Below, piece by piece: positions 51,564 to 62,174 of a DNA stretch of 64,000 nt. The stretch lies in assembly GCA_963709585.1 (NCBI GenBank), contig CAVPXI010000023.1:128001-192000 (forward strand), in the 5' to 3' direction. The position numbers and the translations under genes were made by a program. A model generated the notes under the pieces. The model had not been told where the DNA came from. It ran no database searches and saw nothing but the letters and a program-made list of their open reading frames with translations. The stretch's first letter is position 1. Every line of letters starts with the position of its first letter. This DNA is from Candidatus Dormiibacterota bacterium (GTDB taxonomy: Bacteria; Chloroflexota; Dormibacteria; Aeolococcales; Aeolococcaceae).

Positions 51564-52456
51564 GCGCCGAATCGAGCATCGGATTCCTGCTCCATCCTGG
51601 CGAGCAGGTTGTCGTACAGTCCGCGATCGCCCGTGCTCAGGCCTGCGGCTTCGTGGCGTGGACGGCGCTCGAGGATCCCGAGGCGGCGATGCGCGAGCAC
51701 CGCTCGAGCACGGCGCTGCTGGTCACCCTCGGCGGGGACGGCACATTTCTCTATGGGGCTCGCCTGGCTGCCCCGCTCGGGATCCCCGTGGTCGGGGTCA
51801 ATCGCGGCCGCCTCGGATTCCTCAACGACGTCGAGATCGACGCGCTGCCCGAGGCGATCAGCCGCTTTGCCAGTGGCGACTACACGACCCAGCGTCGTGC
51901 CCTGCTCGAGATCGCCATCGACGATACGGACGAGCCCGTGCTGGCCATCAACGAAATCGTCGTGCGGGCGCGCGACGTCAATGTCGTCCGGCTTCGGGTC
52001 GACGTCGATGGTGATCTGCTCGGAGCATTCGACGCCGACGGCATTGTTGTGGCCACGGCCACCGGGTCGACCGCATACGCGTTGAGCGCGGGAGGCCCTC
52101 CTGTCGATCCAAGGGTCCGAGCCGTTATCGTTGTGCCCCTCGCCGCCCACGCCGTGATCAGCCGGCCGGTGGTGATCCCGGAGAACCTCGACGTTCGGGT
52201 GACCGTCGAGCGCGGGCGCGTCTTCGTTGCCGCCGATGGGCGTTCGGTCGCCTGGCTCGCCGACGGCGGGAGCATCGTCGTCAGACCAGGTCCGGAGCTC
52301 GAGGTGGTTCGCTTCGCCAACTCGCCGTCGTTCAACTCGAGACTCCGACAGAAGTTCCGCTATGGGATTCCGCACAAGGACCTGTTGCTCGAGCCGATCG
52401 AGGACGACACGCCCGACGCGGCCGGCGCACAGGGGGAGCTCCGTGGCACTTCGTGA
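51560..52456 (+). CDS. nadK: NAD kinase
   Basis: Motifs LGGDGTFL, GVNRGRLGFL, AINE and ADGIVVATATGSTAYALSAGGP. Confidence 0.95.
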   Translation: MSAESSIGFLLHPGEQVVVQSAIARAQACGFVAWTALEDPEAAMREHRSSTALLVTLGGDGTFLYGARLAAPLGIPVVGVNRGRLGFLNDVEIDALPEAISRFASGDYTTQRRALLEIAIDDTDEPVLAINEIVVRARDVNVVRLRVDVDGDLLGAFDADGIVVATATGSTAYALSAGGPPVDPRVRAVIVVPLAAHAVISRPVVIPENLDVRVTVERGRVFVAADGRSVAWLADGGSIVVRPGPELEVVRFANSPSFNSRLRQKFRYGIPHKDLLLEPIEDDTPDAAGAQGELRGTS

Positions 52457-54176
52457 GCTTCGGGTCAGCAACCTCGCCGTCATCGAGGAGGCCCGCCTGG
52501 CATTCGACGATGGCTTCACCGTTTTGACCGGTGAGACGGGCTCGGGGAAGTCGATGTGCGTCAACGCGCTGCGCGCCGCGCTCGGTGGCCGGCTCGAACC
52601 CGACGCTGTGCGTTCCGGTGCGGCAGCCGCGCGCGTCGCGGCTGTGTTCGACGATCCGAGTCCGCGCCTGCGTGCGCGCCGCGCCGAGCTCGGGATTCCC
52701 GACGACGACCTGATTACGCTCTCACGCGAGATGCCGGCATCGGGGCGAGCCACGTGCCGGATCGACGGCGCGCTGGTCTCGCAGGCAGTGCTTCGCGAGC
52801 TGGGCGAGCTGTGCGTTGACGTGACCGCTCAGGGGACGAGCCACCGCATGCTGCGACGCAGCTGGCAGCGCGAGCTGCTCAACTCCTTCGGTGGGCGGGA
52901 GTGCACCGGCGCGCGGGCGGCCACCGCCGCCGCGGTGCAATCGTGGCGTGCCGCCGTGGACGCCGTCGCCTCCGCCGAGCGGGCCGCGAGCACCGGCGCC
53001 GCGGAGCTGCAGCGAGCCCGCGACCTCGTCGATGACCTCGGACCGCTGGGGATCCGTCCGGGTGAGGACGCCGAGCTGCAAACCGAACGGCTCCTTCTGC
53101 GGCACGCGGCTCGGATCGCCGAGTCCGCCCTGTCGCTTGCCGAGGCGACTGGTGGTGACGAGCAGTCCGCCGCCGACCGGGTCGCCGAGGCGATTGCTCG
53201 CGGCGCTGACCTGGCCGCGGTCGACCCCGGGCTGTCGACACTGCTCGAGGACGCCGATGCGCTCGTCGACCGGCTTCGTGAGCTCGCGCTTGACGCCCGC
53301 CGCCATGCCGGGGAGATCATCGTTGACGACGCGCGGTTGACCGCTATCGAGGAACGGCTCGACACGCTCGCACACATCACCCGGCGACACGGCTCGCTGG
53401 AGGTCGCCCTCGAGGAGCTCGATCGGGCGTCTGCTCTGGTCAGCAGTGTCGACGGCGAGGCGGGCGCGATCGGCAGCCTCGAAGCCGCAGCCGAGGAGCG
53501 CCGCTCGGAGGCCGCGACCGCGGCGGCGACGCTCAGCACCGCCCGGACGTCCGCGGCGCGCCGCCTCGAACGGGCGGTGACCGCCGAGCTCCGGTCGCTG
53601 GAACTCCCCCATGCCCGCTTCCGGGTTGTGCTGACCCGCACCCTGGAGGTCGGCGGGGTGGATACCGGCGACGGCACTCCGGTGCGTTGCGGCCTCTCCG
53701 GGATCGACGAGGTCGACTTTCGGCTCGCACCCAATCGCGATTCCGTGCCGATGCCACTCGACGAAGGACCCTCCGGAGGCGAGCTCGGCCGCCTCGCGCT
53801 CGCCCTGAGCGCCGTGGTCAGTGAGGACGATGCGCCGGTGCTCGTGCTCGACGAGGTGGACACGGGCATCGGCGGCGAAACCGCGGCACGGGTCGGAGAC
53901 GTGCTCGCGCGGATCGGGCGGACCCGGCAGGTGATCGCTATCACCCACCGTCCCGAGATCGCGGCTCGCGCCGTCGCCCACCTGACCATCACGAAGCTCG
54001 AGCGAACCGGAGGACCGGCGGCGACGGCTGCCGCGGTGTCCGGTCCGGAGCGCGTCCGCGAGATCGCACGATTGATGTCGGGCAGGACAACTCAGGCTGC
54101 TCTGACGCGAGCTGAGGAGCTCCTCGAAGAGGGTGCGAGCGGCGATCGGGGTACCCCCGGCGTCCGTACCATGTAG
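52443..54176 (+). CDS. recN: DNA repair protein RecN
   Basis: Walker A LTGETGSGKS, coiled coil, SGGE signature, Walker B LVLDEVDTGIGG and QVIAITH. Confidence 0.93.
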   Translation: MALRELRVSNLAVIEEARLAFDDGFTVLTGETGSGKSMCVNALRAALGGRLEPDAVRSGAAAARVAAVFDDPSPRLRARRAELGIPDDDLITLSREMPASGRATCRIDGALVSQAVLRELGELCVDVTAQGTSHRMLRRSWQRELLNSFGGRECTGARAATAAAVQSWRAAVDAVASAERAASTGAAELQRARDLVDDLGPLGIRPGEDAELQTERLLLRHAARIAESALSLAEATGGDEQSAADRVAEAIARGADLAAVDPGLSTLLEDADALVDRLRELALDARRHAGEIIVDDARLTAIEERLDTLAHITRRHGSLEVALEELDRASALVSSVDGEAGAIGSLEAAAEERRSEAATAAATLSTARTSAARRLERAVTAELRSLELPHARFRVVLTRTLEVGGVDTGDGTPVRCGLSGIDEVDFRLAPNRDSVPMPLDEGPSGGELGRLALALSAVVSEDDAPVLVLDEVDTGIGGETAARVGDVLARIGRTRQVIAITHRPEIAARAVAHLTITKLERTGGPAATAAAVSGPERVREIARLMSGRTTQAALTRAEELLEEGASGDRGTPGVRTM

Positions 54177-54178
54177 CG

Positions 54179-54902
54179 ATGCAGCGGGAGGAATCGGGCG
54201 CCGGCGCGATCATCGTGGACGCACCGGGATTCCACGGGAGCCTCGAGGAGCTCGTCGCCCGAGCGAATCGCGGCGACCTCGACCTGGCCGAGATGTCGGT
54301 CAGCAGCGTCGTTGACGACGCGCGGAACGCGCTCGAGAGCCCGGAGCGCCAGGGGGATCTTCGTGCCGTCTCCGACGCGTTGACCCTGCTCGCCCGGCTG
54401 GTCGCACTCAAGGCGGCGGCGGTGCTGCCCGACCAGGACACCACCGTGATCGAGCCCGAGGACGACCAGTCCACCGACGCGGGCAGGCGGCTCGCGGAGT
54501 ACCGGCTCTTCAAGGCCGCGGCCGAGGCGCTCCTGGCCGAAGCGGCGACCGAAGGAGCCCGGAGCTTCCTCGGCCTCGTCTCCACCGAGGTGATCCCCGT
54601 CGAACGGCTCCGCATCGCGCCGGAGCGCCTTGCGGCGGCATTTCGGGCGGTGCTCGAGCGCCTCAGCGACGCCGAGCCACTTCCGGTGGCGATCACGTAC
54701 TCGGTGGAGGACAAGGTCCGGCTGCTTCGCGATCGACCTCATGCTCGGACCGCTCGAGTTCGAGGAGGTCTTCGCCGGGGTACGCAGCCGCCTCGAGGCG
54801 GTTGCCTGCTTCCTGGCGCTGCTCGAGATGTTGAAGCGGGGCGAGGCGACGGTGGAGCAACGCGACGCGTTCGGCCCGATCACGGTGACCGGCAGTGGAT
54901 GA
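54179..54902 (+). CDS. scpA: Segregation and condensation protein A, frameshifted near 54737
   Basis: N-terminal GFHGSLEEL...RLAEYRLFK; C-terminal SRLEAVACFLALLEMLKRG...Q.DAFGPI in the next frame; upstream of scpB. Confidence 0.85.
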
Positions 54903-55485
54903 GGTGCTCGTGCTCGACGTCTTCGGCCGGGCGACGGTCCCCGAGGGAACGGCCGATGCCGAGCCGGAGGACCTGGCGCCGGCGCTCGAGGCGCTCTGCT
55001 TCGCGCTCGGCCGTGAGGTGAGCATCGCGGAGGCGGCCGCGATCCTGGAGCGCAGTCCAGCCGCCGTGGCCCGGTCGGCCGGGGTGCTGGCGATGGACCT
55101 CCGCGGCCGCGGGCTGATGCTCCAGCGCTCCGAACACGCCATCCAGCTGGTCACCCGCCCCGAGATGGCCTGGGCGGTGCAGCGAGCGCTCCACCCCGAG
55201 CGCCCGTCGCGCCTGAGCCGGGCGGCGATGGAGACGCTCGCGATCATCGCCTACCGCCAGCCGGTGACCAAAGCCGTGATCGAGTCGATTCGTGGCGTCG
55301 ACTGCGAAGCCGTGCTCGAACACCTCGTCGAGCGGCGCCTGGTCGCCGAGGTCGCGCGCCAGGAAACCCCCGGGCATCCGCGCCTGTTCGGTACCACGCT
55401 TCGATTCCTCCAGCTGGTGGGCCTCGAGCAGATTGAAGACCTGCCCCCGGTCTCCGAGAGCGCCGCGCTCCCCACCTTCGAATGA
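54895..55485 (+). CDS. scpB: Segregation and condensation protein B
   Basis: Motifs LSRAAMETLAIIAYRQPVT, IRGVD and FGTTLRFL. Confidence 0.95.
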   Translation: MDEVLVLDVFGRATVPEGTADAEPEDLAPALEALCFALGREVSIAEAAAILERSPAAVARSAGVLAMDLRGRGLMLQRSEHAIQLVTRPEMAWAVQRALHPERPSRLSRAAMETLAIIAYRQPVTKAVIESIRGVDCEAVLEHLVERRLVAEVARQETPGHPRLFGTTLRFLQLVGLEQIEDLPPVSESAALPTFE

Positions 55486-56237
55486 CCGCCGCTTCGCCGG
55501 AGCGGCTGAATCGATTTCTTGCCCGTCGAGGCGTCTCCTCCCGGCGCGGCGCCGACGAGCTCATCGCCGCCGGACGGGTCACGATCAACGGTGAGGTGAG
55601 CCGCCTCGGGGCTGTCGTCGACCCGTCGTTGGACCGGGTGATCGTCGACGGACACCGGATCCCCTCTCGTGCAGTTTCCATCACGATTGTCCTCAACAAG
55701 CCGGCCGGCGTGGTCACCACGCGCAGCGATCCGTATCAGCGCCGCACCGTCATGGATCTCATCGAACCCGTCCCCGGCCTGGTCCCGATCGGACGGCTCG
55801 ACGCCGACAGCCGCGGGCTGCTCGTGCTCACCACCGACGGCGACCTCGCGCACGCCGTGTCGCATCCACGCCACGGCGTCACCAAACGGTATCTGGCGAC
55901 CCTCGATCGCGCGATCTCGGCTGATCAACTCGAGCAGCTCACCGCCGGTGTGGATCTCGAAGACGGTCCGGCTCGAGCCGTCGCGGCCCGCCGTTCCGGC
56001 TCCGACTCGGTCGTCGAGGTGGTCATGGCGGAGGGCCGCAAGCGCGAGGTGCGGCGTCTGTTTGCCGCGGTCGGAATCGAGGTTCGCGACCTGGTTCGGA
56101 TCGCTGTCGGCCCCCTGGAACTGGGAGCGCTTCCCGAAGGCGAGGCTCGGGCGCTGCGCCCCGGCGAGCTTTCTTCGCTTCGAGCGGCCGCGGGCATGAC
56201 TGCGCCCGCCCGCCCGCCAGCCCGGCGGCCGCGGTGA
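55482..56237 (+). CDS. rluB: RsuA/RluB family pseudouridine synthase
   Basis: S4 domain RLNRFLA..G..SRR; motifs LNKPAG, GRLDADSRGLL and EGRKREVRR. Confidence 0.9.
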   Translation: MTAASPERLNRFLARRGVSSRRGADELIAAGRVTINGEVSRLGAVVDPSLDRVIVDGHRIPSRAVSITIVLNKPAGVVTTRSDPYQRRTVMDLIEPVPGLVPIGRLDADSRGLLVLTTDGDLAHAVSHPRHGVTKRYLATLDRAISADQLEQLTAGVDLEDGPARAVAARRSGSDSVVEVVMAEGRKREVRRLFAAVGIEVRDLVRIAVGPLELGALPEGEARALRPGELSSLRAAAGMTAPARPPARRPR

Positions 56238-56920
56238 CGCCCACGGTCATCACCATCGACGGTCCCGCGGGGAGCGGCAAGACGACCCTCGGCCGCCGCC
56301 TGGCGGCGACCCTCGGGCTCCCGCTGGTCGACACCGGCCTCTTCTACCGCGGTGTCATGGTTGCTGCAGCCCGAGCCGGGATCGACCCCTACGACCGCGA
56401 GGCCCTGATCGATTGCGCGCGGCGGACGGTCGTGGTCATCGATACCGACCCCACCCACGACGACGCGGACCATGCCGCGAGCGTCGACGGTATCGCCGCC
56501 GGTCCCGCGTTGCGCGATCCCGCGAACGCGCCCCTGCTCGCGTCGATGAGCAGCATTCCCGGAGTCCGCGCGGTGTTGCTCGACCGGCAGCGAAGGCTTG
56601 CCCGCGACGGCGCGGTTGCCGTCGGCCGGGACTGCGGCACCGTGGTGTTCCCCGAAGCGCAGCTCAAGCTCTATCTCGACGCGTCGGAACCGGTGCGCGC
56701 ACAACGTCGCGCCACCCAGCTGCGAGCGGGCGCGAACGCGAACAGCGCTCTCATGCGCGGCGAGGTGGGCGCTCGTGATCGGCTCGACGCCTCGCGCAGC
56801 GCTGCACCCATGCAGCCCGCCTCCGACGCGCATGTGCTCGACACCGGCGTGCTCGGGATTGACGAAGTGGCCCAGACCGCGCTCGAGCTGTGGGCTGCAC
56901 TGGCCGGCGCGCGCGGGTGA
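56234..56920 (+). CDS. cmk: Cytidylate kinase
   Basis: Motifs ITIDGPAGSGKTT, DTGLFYR, GRDCGTVVFP and RDRLD. Confidence 0.95.
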   Translation: MTPTVITIDGPAGSGKTTLGRRLAATLGLPLVDTGLFYRGVMVAAARAGIDPYDREALIDCARRTVVVIDTDPTHDDADHAASVDGIAAGPALRDPANAPLLASMSSIPGVRAVLLDRQRRLARDGAVAVGRDCGTVVFPEAQLKLYLDASEPVRAQRRATQLRAGANANSALMRGEVGARDRLDASRSAAPMQPASDAHVLDTGVLGIDEVAQTALELWAALAGARG

Positions 56921-56942
56921 TCCGGCGGAGCTCTCCGCCGGC

Positions 56943-59732
56943 GTGACCAGCGGCTTCTCGCAGCCGGACCATGTGGTCGCCTTCGACCTCGAGACCACCG
57001 GGCTCTCGCCCAGGAGCGACCGGATCCTCGAGATCGGCGCGGTCCGCTACGACAGCGCGCTGTGTCCGATCGACGAGCTCCAGGTCATTGTCGATCCGCA
57101 GATTCCGATCCCGCTCGCCATCCAGCGGCTGGTCGGCCTGACCGACGAGGACGTTCTGGGAGCACCGCCGCCGGCCGAGGGAGCAGCTCGACTTGCCGGA
57201 TTCTGCGGCGACGCGGCGCTGATCGCCCACGGCGGGACGTTCGATCTGCTCTTCCTGCGCGCGCTCCTCTCCGAGACGTTCGGATCTCGGTTGATCTACG
57301 ACACGCTCGACCTCGCGCGGATCCTGCTGCCGACCTACGAGAGCCACAGCCTTCCGCTGCTGAGCCGGCGGCTCGGGATCAGCCATGATCGCCCGCATCG
57401 CGCCCTGAGTGATGCTCGCGCCACCGGGGACCTGTTTCGCGTCCTGGTCGGCGCCGGACGGGAACTGCCGGTCGCGACCCTGGTCGAGATGCGCCGGGTC
57501 GCATCCCAAGCGCCGGGACCACTCGACGCCTTCCTCAGTGACGTCATGCTCCGCCCGGCGGTGGATGCAGCCGCTCCGGTCGACCACGCGGCGGTGTCCA
57601 CAGCGCCACCGTCGTACCGACCCACCGGCGAGCCGGGGGCCGCGTCGAACGGCGGCAGCGTCGGCGAGGCCGCAGCCGCGCTCCTCGGCCCCGACGGTCC
57701 GCTCGCGGCACAGGCGGGCTACGAATACCGCGAGGCCCAGCTTCAGATGGCGATGGCGATCGGTCAGACGCTCGAGCGCAAACGGCGTCTCATGGTGGAG
57801 GCCGGGACCGGGGTGGGCAAGTCACTCGCCTATCTGACGCCGCTCGCGCTGTGGGCGGCGCGAACCGGCAAGCGGGCCGTCGTGGCCACGCACACCGTCA
57901 ATCTCCAGGAACAGCTCGCCGACCGCGACCTGCCGACCGTCGCCGGACTGCTCGACCAACCGGTGTCCGTCGCGGTCCTCAAGGGGCGCAACCACTATCT
58001 GAGCCTTCGCCGATGGCGGCGATTCCTCGCCACCTCCGACGTGGTGGGGCACGAGCCCGACGTCGTGTCGATCCGCTTCAAGTTGAAGATCCTCGCGTGG
58101 CTCGCGACCACCACCACCGGGGACCGTGCGGAGGTCTACCTCGCCGGTGACGAGGAACAACTCTGGCGCCGGGTCGCGTCCGACGCGACCGATTGCCTCG
58201 GCCCTGCGTGTGCCAACTGGCCCAACGCGCGCTGTCACATGGTGGCGGCGCGTCGAAGCGCGGCAGATGCAGCCATTATTGTCACGAACCACGCGCTCCT
58301 CCTCGCCGGAAATGAGCGCCAGGGCCAGGTGCTCGGACCCTACGAGGCGCTGGTCATCGACGAGGCCCATCACCTCGAGTCGGTCGCGACCGAGCAGCTC
58401 GGTATAGCGGTGCGCCTCGCGGATCTCACGCTCGTCCTCGATCGCCTGCCGGCGCCGCCCGGTACGCCGCTCGGCATCGACCTTGAACGATGCCGCGAGG
58501 CAGGGCAGCGTTTGTTCGGCGACGCCAAGGGATTCATGTCCGCGAAACTCGGCGGTGAGCACGCCGCCAACGGACGGGTCGGTTTGTCCGAGGGGATTCG
58601 CGGCGACCCGGGCTTCGGGTTCGTGGAGCGCTCCGCAGTCCACGCCTCGGGCGTGCTCCAGCGGACCGCGAGCGTGCTCGCCTCGGGTGAGTCGGCGGGC
58701 GTGCAGGCGGAGCTGCTGCCCCAACCGGACCGCATGGACGATGAGCTCGAGCACGCTGCCGTGGCGCTGACCGAACTCGCGGCGGCCATCGACCACGTGA
58801 TCCTGCGACCACGCCCGGGCATGGTCACGTGGATCGAGATGCGCGGCGAGCAGGCGGAGCTGCACGAGGCACCCGTCGACGTGTCCATCCCCCTCGCCGA
58901 GACTGTCTTCGATCCCGCCGAGTCCGTCGTGCTCACCTCGGCCACGCTTTCGGTCGCGGGCGGATTCGATTTCATCCGCAATCGCATCGGAATCGGCGCG
59001 ACCGCGGAGGAGTTGATGCTCCCGTCGCCGTTCGACTATCTCCGTCAGGCGGTCTGCATCCTTCCCGAGGACGCAACCGCCTACGACGACCCCGTGCACG
59101 ATCTGCAGATGACGGAGCTCATCGACGCCATCGCGGCGCGCCTCGACGGGCACACGCTCGTGCTGTTCACGAGCTATGGGCCGCTCAAGCGCATCTGGGC
59201 GCTCCTCCAGGAACGTCTCGACGCACGCGGCATCGCGAGTCTCGCGCAGGGGCTCGACGGCACCAGGCGGCAGATCCTGCAGAGCTTTCTCGCCGACCCA
59301 CGTACCGTGCTCCTGGCGACCAGCAGCTTCTGGGAGGGGATCGACATCCCCGGTGATCGCCTGCGCTGCGTGGTGATCGACAAGCTGCCCTTCCCGGTGC
59401 CGACCGATCCCCTGGTACGCGCCCGCTCCGAGCGGCTGCGCGACCCGTTCGGCGAATACATTCTCCCAGTGGCGATCATCCGGCTTCGGCAGGGGTTCGG
59501 GCGCCTCATCAGGAGCGCATCCGATCGCGGCGCCGTGGTCCTTTGCGACCCGCGCCTGCGCACCCGCCAGTACGGGCTCGGATTCCTCCGCGCGCTGCCT
59601 CCGGCGCCGATGGTGGTCACCGCACTCGATCGGGTGCCGGCGATGGTTGATGAGTTCGTGAACTCGGGGGCGCTGCCTGAGACCGTGGGAGAATCAGGAG
59701 GATGGTCCTCGAACGATCTCGATCCGGCGTGA
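56943..59732 (+). CDS. dinG: DnaQ-type 3'-5' exonuclease fused to a DinG family helicase
   Basis: Exonuclease motifs FDLETTG and HRALSDA. Helicase motifs EAGTGVGKS, IDEAHH, TSATL, FWEGIDIPGD and QGFGRLIRS..DRG. Confidence 0.92.
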   Translation: MTSGFSQPDHVVAFDLETTGLSPRSDRILEIGAVRYDSALCPIDELQVIVDPQIPIPLAIQRLVGLTDEDVLGAPPPAEGAARLAGFCGDAALIAHGGTFDLLFLRALLSETFGSRLIYDTLDLARILLPTYESHSLPLLSRRLGISHDRPHRALSDARATGDLFRVLVGAGRELPVATLVEMRRVASQAPGPLDAFLSDVMLRPAVDAAAPVDHAAVSTAPPSYRPTGEPGAASNGGSVGEAAAALLGPDGPLAAQAGYEYREAQLQMAMAIGQTLERKRRLMVEAGTGVGKSLAYLTPLALWAARTGKRAVVATHTVNLQEQLADRDLPTVAGLLDQPVSVAVLKGRNHYLSLRRWRRFLATSDVVGHEPDVVSIRFKLKILAWLATTTTGDRAEVYLAGDEEQLWRRVASDATDCLGPACANWPNARCHMVAARRSAADAAIIVTNHALLLAGNERQGQVLGPYEALVIDEAHHLESVATEQLGIAVRLADLTLVLDRLPAPPGTPLGIDLERCREAGQRLFGDAKGFMSAKLGGEHAANGRVGLSEGIRGDPGFGFVERSAVHASGVLQRTASVLASGESAGVQAELLPQPDRMDDELEHAAVALTELAAAIDHVILRPRPGMVTWIEMRGEQAELHEAPVDVSIPLAETVFDPAESVVLTSATLSVAGGFDFIRNRIGIGATAEELMLPSPFDYLRQAVCILPEDATAYDDPVHDLQMTELIDAIAARLDGHTLVLFTSYGPLKRIWALLQERLDARGIASLAQGLDGTRRQILQSFLADPRTVLLATSSFWEGIDIPGDRLRCVVIDKLPFPVPTDPLVRARSERLRDPFGEYILPVAIIRLRQGFGRLIRSASDRGAVVLCDPRLRTRQYGLGFLRALPPAPMVVTALDRVPAMVDEFVNSGALPETVGESGGWSSNDLDPA

Positions 59733-60691
59733 TCCCAACTTCGGCGGGCGTGCCCGAGAGGCTGCGCGATGCGCCCGGAACGGCACCCGACGTCACCCCC
59801 GATCCGGCCGGGTCGGTGAGCATCGCGCTCGCCCAGTTCTACCCGCGGCTCGGCGACGTCGCGGCAAATCTCGCCGCCCATCTCACCACCGTCGCCGGCG
59901 CGGCTGCCGAGGGCGCCGGCCTGGTCGTGTTCCCCGAGCTCTCACTCACCGGGTACTTCCTGAAGGACCAGGTGAGTGAGGTGGCGCTGACCATCAACTC
60001 CCCCGAGGTGGGCACCCTCCGCGACGCGTCCCGCGACGGCGGCATCGACATCGTGGCCGGGCTGATCCTCGAGAGCGACCGGCATCGATTCCACAACGCC
60101 GCGCTCTACGTCAGTGGTGGCGAAGTGGTACACGTTCACCGCAAGGTCTATCTGCCGACGTACGGGCTGTTCGATGAGCAGCGATATGTCGCGTCCGGTG
60201 ATCGATTCCGCGCATTCGACGCGCCCCTCGGCCGCCGCACCCAACATCATTGGCGTGCGGGGATTCTCATCTGCGAGGACCTCTGGCATCCGTCGGCCCC
60301 CGCGCTCCTCGCGCGCCAGGGCGTGGACCTGATCATCTGCCCGTCGGCGTCGCCGGGGCGCGGCGTGCTCCAGGGGGACGCAGTCGGCACCGCGAGCAGC
60401 TACGACGTCATGACCCGCACATATGCCCAACTGCTCACCACGTACGTCCTGTACTGCAACCGATCCGGGTTCGAGGACGGCGTGGGCTTCTGGGGCGGGT
60501 CACGCGTGGTCGACCCGGTGGGCAGCGTGGTCGCCGAGCTCCACGGCGCCCAGGAATCCGTGCTCTTCCACAAACTCGAGCGCAGCGCGGTCCGTCGCGC
60601 GCGGGTCGCCTATCCGCTCCTGCGCGACGAACGAAACGATGTCAACGACGCCGAGACCGATCGCCTCCGACGCCGACGCGCTCGCGGTTGA
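59729..60691 (+). CDS. Nitrilase-family amidohydrolase, likely the glutaminase subunit of NAD synthetase
   Basis: E-K-C triad in [26 protein letters not shown] and ICEDLW. It overlaps nadE. Confidence 0.85.
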   Translation: MIPTSAGVPERLRDAPGTAPDVTPDPAGSVSIALAQFYPRLGDVAANLAAHLTTVAGAAAEGAGLVVFPELSLTGYFLKDQVSEVALTINSPEVGTLRDASRDGGIDIVAGLILESDRHRFHNAALYVSGGEVVHVHRKVYLPTYGLFDEQRYVASGDRFRAFDAPLGRRTQHHWRAGILICEDLWHPSAPALLARQGVDLIICPSASPGRGVLQGDAVGTASSYDVMTRTYAQLLTTYVLYCNRSGFEDGVGFWGGSRVVDPVGSVVAELHGAQESVLFHKLERSAVRRARVAYPLLRDERNDVNDAETDRLRRRRARG

Positions 60692-61493
60692 CGCCGCCTT
60701 CGTCACCGAGCTGCTCCGCGGCTTCATCGCCGACGGAGTGCGCAAGGTGGGGTTCGAGCGCGTCATCGTCGGGCTCTCCGGTGGCGTCGATTCCTCGCTG
60801 GTGACCGCGCTCGCGGTGTCATCGCTGGGAACGGACAACGTGGTCGCCGTGTTCATGCCGTATCGGAGCAGCGATCCGCAGTCGCAGATCGACGCTCTGG
60901 CGGTGTGCGACAGCCTCGGCATCGCCGTCGAGATCGTCGACATCACGCCCCAGGTGGATGCCTACTTCGCGCGCTTTCCCGATGCGGATCGCACCCGCAG
61001 GGGGAACAAGATGGCGCGCGAACGCATGTCGATTCTCTATGACCACTCGATGGCGGAGCGCGCCTTGGTGCTCGGCACCTCCAACAAGACCGAGTTGCTG
61101 CTCGGGTACGGCACGCTCTTCGGCGACATGGCGAGCGCGCTCAACCCGATCGGCGACCTGTACAAGACACAGGTGTATGCGCTTGCTCGCGCGCTGGGGC
61201 TACCGCACAGCGTGCTCACCAAACCGCCGAGCGCCGATCTCTGGGCCGGGCAGTCTGACGAAGACGAGTTGGGGATGCGCTACGCGGTGGTCGACGCCGT
61301 GCTCCATCTGCTCGTCGACGAGCGGCGCAGCCGGGCGGAAGTGATCGCGCTCGGATTCGACGCCGCCGATGTCGACGCCATCGTCGCGCGGGTGCGGGGC
61401 AGCCAGTACAAGCGCCGGCCACCGGTGATCGCGAAGTTGAGCAACCGCACGATCGACCGGGAGTTCCGCTATCCGCGGGACTGGGGTCGATGA
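60639..61493 (+). CDS. nadE: NAD+ synthetase, synthetase subunit
   Basis: Motifs [44 protein letters not shown] and PPSADL. Confidence 0.95.
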   Translation: MSTTPRPIASDADALAVDAAFVTELLRGFIADGVRKVGFERVIVGLSGGVDSSLVTALAVSSLGTDNVVAVFMPYRSSDPQSQIDALAVCDSLGIAVEIVDITPQVDAYFARFPDADRTRRGNKMARERMSILYDHSMAERALVLGTSNKTELLLGYGTLFGDMASALNPIGDLYKTQVYALARALGLPHSVLTKPPSADLWAGQSDEDELGMRYAVVDAVLHLLVDERRSRAEVIALGFDAADVDAIVARVRGSQYKRRPPVIAKLSNRTIDREFRYPRDWGR

Positions 61494-62174
61494 GCGATCA
61501 GACCGGAACCCTCGCGGTGATCGCGACCCCGATCGGAAACCTGGAGGACATCACCCTGCGCGCGCTGCGCGTCCTCGGCGAGTGCGACGCGGTGATCGCC
61601 GAGGATTCACGGCGCACGAGGGCGCTGCTCAACGCGCACGGCGTGCGCAAACCGGTGCTGTCGCTGCCCGCCTTCGACGAGCGACGCCGCGTCCCGCATT
61701 TGATCGAGCGACTCGAACGCGGAGAGATGCTCGCCCTCTGCACGGATGCGGGCACGCCGGCGCTGAGCGATCCTGGCGCCATCCTAGTACGCGCTGCACT
61801 CGACGGCGGACATCATGTCACCCCGATTCCCGGCGCGTCGGCACTCACCGCGGCGCTCGCGTCGAGCGGCTTTCCGGCGAGCGCGTTCTGCTTTCTCGGC
61901 TTTCTCCCGCGCACCGCGGGCAAGCTCATCCGCGTGCTCGAGGAGGCGATGCGCGAGGATCGCACCATCGCCTTTTTCGAAGTCGCCGATGCGGATCACC
62001 AAGACGCTTCGACTTGCCACGCCCGTGCTCGGCGATCGCCCCGTCGTGGTCGCCCGGGAGCTGACCAAGCTGCACGAAACCTTGCACCGCGGGACGGCGG
62101 CGACACTCGTCGAGGAGTTCACGGCGCGGCCGCCCCGCGGCGAATGCACCGTGGTCGTCGGGGCTCGCCCGTGA
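61490..62174 (+). CDS. rsmI: 16S rRNA C1402 2'-O-methyltransferase, frameshifted near 61980
   Basis: [26 protein letters not shown] and FLGFLPR lie in one frame. SP..I...[12 protein letters not shown] lies in the next. Confidence 0.9.

Noticed and set aside
44528-54902. Pseudogenisation of aroC, aroKB, asp23 and scpA
   Set aside because: These are single-base indels in otherwise intact core genes at recurring motifs. Sequencing error is more likely than decay or programmed frameshifting.
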